Position numbers and translations under genes: made by a program. DNA of 64,000 nt from Ylistrum balloti. Its lineage: Eukaryota. Of this stretch, positions 1-10,008 are shown piece by piece (position 1 is the first letter of the stretch; each line of letters opens with the position of its first letter). Location of the stretch: positions 1,426,001 to 1,490,000 of the forward strand of contig NW_026781921.1 in NCBI RefSeq assembly GCF_031769215.1, written 5' to 3'. The notes beneath the pieces were generated by a model. It saw only the letters and a program-made list of their open reading frames with translations. It was not told the origin of the DNA and did not search any database.

Positions 1-811
1 AAATTATAGATACAGACAACAGGACAGTCAAAGGAAATTATAGATACAGTCAACAGGACAGTCAAAGGAAATTATAGATACAGACAACAGGACAGACAAA
101 GGAAACTATAGATACAGCCAACAGGACAGACAAAGGAAATTATAGATACAGCCAACAGGACAGTCAAAGGAAATTATAGATACAGCCAACAGGACAGACA
201 AAGGAAATTATAGATACAGCCAACAGAACAGTCAAAGGAAATTATAGATAGAGCAAACAGGACAGTCAAAGGAGAAAATTATAGATACAGCCAACAGGAC
301 AGACAAAGGAAATTATAGATACAGCCAACAGGACAGACAAAGGAAATTATAGATACAGACAACAGGACAGTCAAAGGAAATTATAGATACAGTCAACAGG
401 ACAGTCAAAGGAAATTATAGATACAGACAACAGGACAGTCAAAGGAAACTATAGATACAGCCAACAGGACAGACAAAGGAAATTATAGATAAGCCAACAG
501 GACAGTCAAAGGAAATTATAGATACAGCCAACAGGACAGACAAAGGAAATTATAGATACAGCCAACAGAACAGTCAAAGGAAATTATAGATAGAGCAAAC
601 AGGACAGTCAAAGGAGATTATAGATACAGCCAACAGGACAGTCAAAGAAAATTATAGATACAGCCAACAGGACAGACAAAGGAAATTATAGATACAGCCA
701 ACAGGACAGACAAAGGAAATTATAGATACAGCCAACAGGACAGTCAAAGGAGATTATAGATACAGCCAACAGGACAGTCAAAGTTAAATTATAGATACAG
801 CCAACAGGACA
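1..811. repeat. Minisatellite, 34-bp unit (aaattatagatacagccaacaggacagtcaaagg), ~24 copies, truncated by the window edge
   Basis: Direct periodicity (aaatta at 1, 35, ...). Confidence 0.97.
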
Positions 812-1659
812 TTCTTCATTGTGTCCAACAAAAGTATAGAGTATATAATAAGCCAGACTTAATGGATACACCCTCAATAACGTCAGAAAAGATGCTAAGT
901 AGAGCACAAAACCAGGTGAGAATGATAGACCTGGGGACTGAACTGATTGTGGCTGGTTTTCCAGTTGAATGTAACACTTTGTGAGCTACAATGATATTTT
1001 GAATGTGAGATATAGGGATAGGCTGCATGATTAAGTACAGATATAAAATTATCAACATAAAGAGTAGAGAGGTTTTATTGTGAGGATCAAGTGAAATTTC
1101 CGCATACTCATTGGCATTTTAATAAACATATTTTGTTTTTTTTCCAAAATTTGAAGTCTAATGTTATTGTGTTCTTTCAAACAAAATTTGATTTCTTGAA
1201 ATCTTCATACAGTATTTGGTAATTTCATCTTTTCTGTCTCTCCATCTGTGTTTAATGTTTTCTGTCACCAATTACTAGGGTACTTGCAAACTCCAGAAGA
1301 ACTGTTACACTTAATGTCATACACATATTCCCTGAAACACCTTGACCAAGTGGTGATACGTCAAAAAATATATATAAATAGATCTTGGAGTCATCTTAAC
1401 TTTTGACGTTCTACATAATAATTTTCACTAAAATGAATACTATCAAGCAAACTGTTATAATTAATATGCGAGAGGAATCTAACTCAAAACTTCACATGTT
1501 CTTCCGAGTGGTCCAATTTAGTATGTTACAATTTGGGAACTGATTGAAAGTCAAGATGGCTACATGTACCCATTTTGCATTTTGAAAATTTAAATCTTTT
1601 AACACTTTTCCCAGAATGCACTACAAATTTTTGACTGGGGATTGATTGCTGGAGTTCAT

Positions 1660-2460
1660 GTTCTTCTGTCTGTCCATTCATCCATCCATCCATGCATACA
1701 TGTGAGTCAAAGGCTCAAGAGAGCTATTCCCATGGGGCTCCATCTGTTGTCACTCATCTGTGAACTTCAATTTCCAATCTCTATTGTAATGAGTTTTGTG
1801 TAGAGCAGTGGTTACCTGACCACGCGAGTACTTGCGGCTATAGGCCACTCATCCAAATTTTACATGTAATTTCCTTGAATTTACTGATACTTATTTTGTA
1901 TGATTTTAAATTTTTTATTCTCAAGTTTTTGTCTAGACTAGTCATGATTTCACTGTTGTTTTTTTGTTTGATCGAGAACACACCAGACATCTTCATTCCT
2001 TCCAGAAATTCTTCATGTTCAGTATAAAAGTGCAAATTTCATTTTTGAGATTCAAGTAATTTGTTTAGATGAAAAAGAGATTCCAGAGGGAGTTTGGCAA
2101 TGGGACTCCAAAATCTTTGGTTTTCAACCTCAGCCAAGTGTATAGTTTAGTGACCAGAATAGAAGGAAAATTGCACTCTAAAACCAAGTGATTTTTAGGT
2201 TACCTGCCCAAAGCCAAGGGGTCATTTGCCTTCATGAATCCCTTGTCTGTACCGCCAGTGTCAACGTTTTCCATTTCTCAATAATCAAGGGGTCTACAGT
2301 TGAGATATATACTGGACCAGTGGTATGCTGAAGATTGTTAAATGACCTTGGCCCACTTTTAAGGCCAATGAGTCAAATATGTTAAAATCTTTATCAAGAG
2401 TTTCTTGGCTGAAGGCTCCATATGCCTGTATTGCTTGTCTGCTTTGCAGCTAAAACAGAG
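1660..2460. mobile_element. Fragments of bivalve dispersed non-autonomous repeats
   Basis: aaggctcaagagagctattccc and tttttaggttacctg heads, a ccat microsatellite and gaccttgg motifs. Confidence 0.35.
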
Positions 2461-2619
2461 TTGATATAATTGGAAGATTTTATTCTGTTATAACTTAAAT
2501 GTTTATCACAAACATTATACCTCTTCTTTAAAATGTTCCTGTTATATGTGAAATAACCAAATTCATGGTATTGTGTCACTTCTGTGACACGGAATATCAA
2601 TAACTTTAGAAAAAAATGT

Positions 2620-3610
2620 TAGAATACACTTTGTCCTTCATTAATGTCATGTAACACTTTTGTCCTTCATTTAATGTCATCCTACACTTTGTCCTCCATT
2701 GATGTCATGTTACACATTGTCTTCAATTAATGTCATATAACATTTTGTCTATATTAATGTCATGATGCACTTTGTCCTTCTTTTATGTCATATCACACTT
2801 TGCTCTCCATTAATGTCTGTCATAGTACACTTGTCCTCCTTTAAAGTAACATTACACTTAGTCCTCCTTTAATGTCACATTACACTTAGTCCTCCATTAA
2901 TGTTATATTAACACTAAGTCATCCATTAATGTCACATTACACTTAGTCATCCATTAATGTCACATTACACTAAGTCATCCATTAATGTCACATTACACTT
3001 AGTCATCCATTAATGTCACATTACACTTAGTCCTCCATTAATGTTATATTAACACTAAGTCATCCATTAATGTCATAGTACACTTAGTCATCCATTAATG
3101 TCACATTACACTTAGCCATCCATTAGTCACATTACACTTAGTTATCCATTAAAGTCACATTACACTTAGTCCTCCATTAATGTTATATTAACACTAAGTC
3201 ATCCATTAATGTCACATTACACTTAGTCATCCATTAATGTCACATTACACTGTCATCCATTAATGTCACATTACACTTAGTCATTCATTAATGTCACATT
3301 ACACTTAGTCATCCATTAATGTCATATTACTCTCAGTCATCCATTAATGTCACATTACACTTAAGTCATCCATTAATGTCACATTACACTTAGTCATCCA
3401 TTAATGTCACATTACACTTAATTAATGTCACATTACACTATGTCCTATGTTTAATGTCGTCTTACACTGTGTCCTCCTTTAATATCATGTTACACGTTCT
3501 TTAATTGCATGTTAGACATTGTTCTTCTTTAATGTCATGTTACACATTGTTCTTCTTTAATGTCATGTTATACATTAATGTTTAATATCATGTTACACAT
3601 TATTCTTCTT
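2620..3610. repeat. Minisatellite, 28-bp unit (taatgtcacattacacttagtcatccat); homogeneous core ~2860-3440 with degenerate flanks
   Basis: ccattaatgt at 2951, 2979, ... Confidence 0.95.
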
Positions 3611-3982
3611 TATAGTCAATGCTTGAAGACAAGTTCTACAAGACTACTATAGATTAAGCATATGATAAGTTTGTTTTAAGTACACAAGGGGACAAAAATA
3701 ACAAAAGTACCTGTCCCTTTCTTATAACTGCCTATATTATAAAAGAGCAAAGTAAGATATAAAATCTGATTTGACATGGCACATCATTACTGATCAGAAA
3801 ACTGCCCCAACACTTCAGAAAAGCCACTGGTAATGTACAGCCTCTCCTTGAATAAAAAGGGCATTCAAAAGCTTAAAAAAGTTTTTTTAAAAATTACTTT
3901 TGGTTTCTAAAACAAACTTATATATAATTGATGAACCATGTAAAAATATCAACATAAAACACTTTGTGGGCAATGAAACAAG

Positions 3983-3988
3983 TTTATT
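3983..3988 (-). terminator. Candidate polyadenylation signal (AATAAA) for the short-end isoform
   Basis: Sense context tgtgtataAATAAActtgtttcattgcccaCA followed by the GU/U-rich gtgttttatgttgatattttt. Other AATAAA sites lie at 6283-6288 and 5240-5245. Confidence 0.35.
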
Positions 3989-4121
3989 TATACACACATT
4001 TAATTTGCACATGAAGTTATGTACATGATGAGAGCATGCAGACTGAATAGCACCAATAAATTAGTGAGTTCTACCCTGGAGTGAAATATACAACAAACAT
4101 ATACCCTGTGAGGCACTAATG

Positions 4122-4733
4122 CCACCCTTTCTGGGGCCTGGCACAATGCTACACCCTTCTGGGGCCTGTCACAATACTACAACCTTCTGGGGCCTGGCAC
4201 ACTGCTACACCCTTCTGGGGCCTAGCACAATACTCCACCCTTCTGGGGCCTGGCACAACACCTATGCCTTTCTGGGGCATAGCAGAATACTCCACCTTTC
4301 TGGGGCCTGGCACAATACTCGACCTTTCTGGGGCCTGGCACAATACCCCACCTTTCGGGGACCTGACCTGACATTATGCTCCACTTTTCTGGGGCCTGGC
4401 ACAATACTACACCCTTCTGGGGCCTGGCACAATACTACACCCTTCTGGGGCCTGGCACAAGACTACACCCTTCTGGGGCCTGGCACAATACTCCACCTTT
4501 CTGGGGCCTGACACAATACTACACCTTTCTGGGGCCTGACACAATACTACACCCTTCTGGGGCCTGGCACAATACTCCACCTTTCTGGGGCCTAGCACAA
4601 TACTCCATCTTTCTGGGGCCTAGCACAATACTCCACCCTTCTGGGTCTCGCACAATGCTACACCTCTCTGAGGCCTCTTACAATTCTCCACCCTTCTGGG
4701 GCTTAAACCAATGCAAAACCCTTCTGGGGCCTC
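4122..4733. repeat. GC-rich minisatellite, 28-bp unit (cacccttctggggcctggcacaatacta), ~22 copies
   Basis: ggggcctggc at 4391, 4419, ... Confidence 0.96.
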
Positions 4734-6745
4734 CAGTCCTCACATAAATACGAACTACATGACCGTGTGCAATGACTTCAAATGTATGCTGTATAAAGTG
4801 ATGGATTGTGCTGGGATTCCACCAATCAATTCTAGGTTTACATGTGAACTAGTACAACTAATCAGATCATGGCTCTGACATGGGTTCATAGATTCCACAT
4901 ATCACGTGCTGGTTTTATGAGTGCCAGCAGATTTCAACCAATCACACAGATGATATAAGGGCTTTCTCCTATGAGTAAAACTTTAATCATCATGGAAGCT
5001 GAATTGTAAAAATCATTTTCAATTCAGAAAGTTTTAAAATGAAAAGAAATATTAAAATACCACACTTAATGTTGATTCATTAAAATATTGTTAGTTTAGT
5101 TTCTATTCTGATATAAATACTTTCACAAACATGTTAAGTCCTCGTTAAACATTAGCTTGATAAAACAAATTTGGCAGTTCTTGTCTACATATATAGGAGA
5201 TATTTAGTCATTATCACTTTTGTTTGTTATATTTAGAAATTTATTTGCATATTTTTGGTTGCAATACATCTATGAGTATTTTCACTATTCATTGAGGTAA
5301 ACTTCTTGTGTATGTGTATGATTTTCAAAAAGCTTATTGAATTCATTTTAAAATGCAACTTGATCATGGTTTTATCCAATTAATATTATATAATATGGCA
5401 GTGATGAATAGTGCAACACTATACACAGTAATAAATTAACTTAGCAATTCTTTCACGACAGCAGGAAATTATTCACAATGTACAACAAACATATCATTTC
5501 AAACCATTAAAATTGTTTGTCAATACTCTCATACATTTCAAATCTCACTCACTGGAAGCTATGATTAAGTCATTCCTTTCAAAGAAAAAAAAAATAATAA
5601 ACAGCTAAGAAGTTGTTTTGGCTAGATTTTTCAAAAACATCACAAATTTTCGACGACTTAGATACTCACAAGTAAACGATAAATAAAACAATTTCTCTAA
5701 AGAAATCAATGAAAAATGCCTTTCAAAAGCAAATTTGACCCAGCCTGAAAATTGGTGAACATCACAGCACACAGCATTTGTAAGTAGGAGATAAGACAGA
5801 CGTGGGACAATCCCAGCATGATTTGCATCCGAGAATGATTGCCCAGGCAACCATAGCGACTAGTCATATTTATAGTTACAGTAGCATGCAGATATTATCT
5901 CATTATTGCTTGGCTACAACTTCACCAAAATCGAACACCACAAAGATGGCCTTTGTAACAAACTTTGCTGAACACTACTTGAACTTCACAGTTAACAGTT
6001 ACAATTTAGTTGGTTTACAGCATCGACACACACATCTACATGGTTAACATTCCATCTCTTTTTGCCTCGCCACTACACACTCTAATAATCAACATGGCTG
6101 CCAGCTAATGCAATTACTCATAGCCACAAAATGCATCACCTGTTTGCATGTACATCCCTTCAATACAAGTAAATACCGGTCATATATATTGCACATGTTT
6201 TATAACATCACCCTACTCACACCTCTCACACTTCTGAGGTTTCACACATCTGTGGGTTGTTAGCATGGACTGACCGGTAATCTTTATTAAAACTGCAGAC
6301 CTGGACCAGCACTATCGAGACCAGGAATTATAGTCCTGACCTCAGCTATACCTTGCACACCCTTACAAGTCTTCATTACTTACAGGCAGTCTTTACTTTC
6401 CCTGATGTTGAACTTCTGACTATTGCTCATTACTGAGAGCAAATTCAGGTAAAGAACACAACCAATCTTTCTGTTACATGCTGTTGCGTGTTCTCTTATA
6501 ACACAATGCTCGCAATAAATTATTGCATTCAGGGAGCGAGTACATTTTCAGTTGAAGCACGCATCCAGCTTACCATCAACATGAATCATAACCGCAGGTT
6601 CTGTATGGTTACAGTTAGTGCATTGAGTCAACTGTGACTGTCAGACCAGCACTGCTTCATTAACCGTGGACAAGGAATTATGCACGGTAGGTCTGGTAAC
6701 GGTAAGGGATTGACTTGGTCAGAAAAACTCTTGTCACAGTAGGAT

Positions 6746-6946
6746 TCATCTGCTGAGGCTGTGAGAGCGCTCCCGGTCGCCATCGTTAGTTGTCTCTTCT
6801 TCCGCTTTAACTTGATATTTGGCAAAGACACGATGCATCATGGCCTGCTTGAGGGTTAGTCGTTCAGCTGGGTCATACTCAAGCATCTGATTGATGAGAT
6901 CAAACAAGTCGCGATGATCAGGGTTTTCTGGGTCTCTAAGATACCG
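6746..6946 (-). CDS. CLK2: Alternative terminal exon S (canonical end): RYLRDPENPDHRDLFDLINQMLEYDPAERLTLKQAMMHRVF...DRERSHSLSR*, 66 aa
   Basis: Acceptor tttgttctttgcag|CGG, phase 0. Encodes subdomain XI (MLEYDP..R.T). The RERSHSLSR terminus resembles my recollection of the Drosophila Doa C-terminus. Confidence 0.93.
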   Translation of the reverse strand, partial: RYLRDPENPDHRDLFDLINQMLEYDPAERLTLKQAMMHRVFAKYQVKAEEETTNDGDRERSHSLSR

Positions 6947-7540
6947 CTGCAAAGAACAAAGGCCTCACATTAGTTATCCATGTAGGAAAATGAACAAAAC
7001 AAAGATATTACAGTAAACTGGAAAAAATCAAAACTTCTTTCTAACCAGGGATTATTGATATAGAATAAATTGGTATATCCTATTCTTAGTGTTTTCCTTA
7101 AACAGGTCCTAAACAAATACAACTAGAATCAATATGTGTATCATCATACTGTATAACATGAAATAATCAGAAGTATTTTTACTTCTTTATTTTGTGAGTT
7201 TTTTTTCTTTTAGGATACAATATTTCCAATGACATATTTTTTTATCTTGAATCTTTTTTTTTTCTTTTCCATTTTAAAAGTATGTATGCAGCCTATAAAA
7301 ATGAATGTTTCTACACAACAATCATTGCATGTTATACAGTTTTAATTACACTTAATAAATTCTACCTGAAATAAAACCAGTGTAAAGTTATTGTGACAGA
7401 TCAGGTTAGTATGGCTAAATATGGTTGTTCTATAATACAATCACTGTAAAGCAACATTCTTTTTTTATGTGCAATTTATTTTCCTGAACTTCGTGATGGA
7501 AACAAATGCGTAAAATTTCATTTTAAATGAAGATAGACAT

Positions 7541-7796
7541 AACAAGGGCTGTCTAAGACACAGATTAAGATCCCCGAAAGGGACAAAATTTAAGTATAAA
7601 AAATAACAAAGGGCTATAACTCCTAAATTTGCAAACATGAGAGATGGTTCTTGTGCACTGCACTTGTTGTTGAGATCTATCTACTTCTGAAGTTTTATGT
7701 TGATACCACTTATAATTTTTGTTATGCTCCGGACAAAATTATGACTGACAGATGGACAAAGTAACAACTACATGCTCTCCCTACAGGGGGCATAAT
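7541..7796. mobile_element. Non-autonomous bivalve dispersed element (Helentron/HINE or CvA-like)
   Basis: Starts acaagggctgtc...atccccg. Ends with gac-type microsatellite (gacagatggac), then catgctctccc...gggggcataat short hairpin. Confidence 0.5.
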
Positions 7797-8089
7797 GACA
7801 GATAATAACATAGCTTTACTTCATAAAAGATAATCACAACAGTGAAAATCGCTGAAGTTCATAACTGTGAATGTTGGTTTACAATAAGCATGTTGTTTTG
7901 TACCTGTTTGTGTGATGTAATACATTCTATACTGAAAGCATTCTTTGTTCTCTAAACAACGAAATATTCCACCATATCAATTCGTTGTGTTCTCATTTTA
8001 AAAAACAGCCTTGCTTCTGTACTTACCATATCATTTACATCCACGAATCATTAAAGATAATTATAGGTAACAGTTAGCATCAATCAACA

Positions 8090-8395
8090 GATGTCTAGTC
8101 AAGACACCACCTACAGGTGTATTGTGGTGTACCATAGTCAGGTTAATACAAATCTTGGTTTTATTAACTATAAGTTACGATCAGTATCATTCAACAGAAC
8201 GCTAGTCAAGACACCACTTACAGGTGAATTGTGGTGTACCATAATCAGGTTGATACAAACCTTGGGTTTTGAGTAACAACAAGTTCCAATCAGTATCATT
8301 TAACAGAACTCTGATCAAGACACCACCTCCAGGTTGATGCAAACCTTGGGTTTTGAGTAACACTAAATAACAATCAGCATCATTCAATAGAACTC
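8090..8395. repeat. Degenerate ~108-bp tandem repeat, ~3 copies
   Basis: tcaagacacc at 8099, 8206, 8315. Confidence 0.85.
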
Positions 8396-9499
8396 ATGCC
8401 TACAGAGACATATGTCGTAATTTTTCATTAATGTGTACCAGTATTAACCATTTTTGTGCGACTAACAAATCCAGTGCTCCCGTTATCTCTACGTACTTCA
8501 CACATTTCTCATGTCATTCTAAAGTAAAAGCTACTTCATACAAATTCCTTATACATGCAAAAACCTAGTATTTGGTACTTCCAATAATTTTCCAATCATC
8601 ACTATTAGATTTTCCCTGTTCATATTCAAGATGTATTATTTCCCTGGTGGGATACAAATATGATATCAGACTTGACCATCTCAAGAGCAAGATGAGGTAA
8701 ATTCAATCCAAGAGCAAATACTCTCAAAGATTTCCAAAAATCATACAAAGAAACTCATTCAAAATCAGTCACACCAGACACTTTTTTAAGATTTATTTTT
8801 TTAAAAGAACATCTCATCAGGAATCAATATGAATCCAATTATTTCAAATGAAAATAGTTTTCTCTTCAGTTATAAAATCGATATAATCACATAAAGGTTT
8901 CAGGTATAAATCTACACTAAAGAAAGCTGTTCAGCATTTATCACCAGATTCAAGACTCATCCGCCATTTGTGACAGTTATATCTTTAATTTGATAAACTT
9001 CAATAACACTGGATATCTTGCATAAAGTTGTGAATCCTTTATTTCGATGACACGTTGGAGTTATTGATAGATTAGTAGGTAAGTATACATGTATGTATTT
9101 AATACAATCTTTCTAATTATAGATCTGTTTTCTAACATACCAACAAGTCACTGACAACCAAGTCCATGCCATTCAAAACCTTCTGACAACACACAACACT
9201 TCAAGTCATTCGCAAAAGATCAAGCCATTTTAGACAACCAAAACCGACCATACCTGACAGGATGGTGACACATGCATTAAACACCAACTTAATATGCCTA
9301 TGGCAACGAAAACCTTCCTTTTGCAATGCCATGCTGTACTGCTTCATTAACAGTTTTGCTTCTCTCCACAGTTGACATTCGTCTACCTATCTAAATATTT
9401 TCCCTTAGTTCTTCTGTCTACATATATTTCACTGTCACCTTTCCTTGTACCTATGATTTACCGTCCATGTTAACAATGCTAGAGTCATGCTTAGTTTTA

Positions 9500-9700
9500 C
9501 CCACCTCAGTTCCCTTACACATCATACCCTTCCAAAATAAGTAACATCATTACGATTCACTTATAACACAATGATTTACCTATGACAGTAACACCTCAGT
9601 TCCCTTACATATCATACCCCTCCAAAGTAAGTAGCATCATTATGATTCGCTTATAAAACAATGACTTACTCATGAAAGTAACACCTCTGCTCCCTTGCCA
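9500..9700. repeat. ~90-bp tandem duplication, ~2.3 copies
   Basis: cacctcagttccctta repeated at ~90-bp spacing. Confidence 0.8.
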
Positions 9701-10008
9701 CATTCTTTTCCTATGCAACTATTATCTTTTCCATTCCTTTACAACACAATGTTTGACTTGTGCAGGTAATATCTTCTCCATTCATTACCAAACCATGCTT
9801 TACCTAAGTAATATTTCTGTTCATTACCACAACATGCTTTACTTAAGCAAGTAATATTTTCTCTGTTCTCTTACCACATCATGCTACATCTATGAAAAAA
9901 ACTTCTGTTTTTTTACCACACCATGCTCTATTTGATGAGGACATCTGTAATCATGCTCACTCCATAGCCAAGTAGAGTAAAATATCCACCTTCTATGATT
10001 GGTCACTG

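Noticed and set aside
816-2600. A second protein-coding gene left of CLK
   Set aside because: Only short low-information ORFs among repeat fragments, with no coherent exon chain.
4119-4747. Several 60-130 aa ORFs (PFWGLAQ/HPSGAWH repeats)
   Set aside because: These are translations of a stop-poor 28-bp minisatellite, open in multiple frames on both strands.
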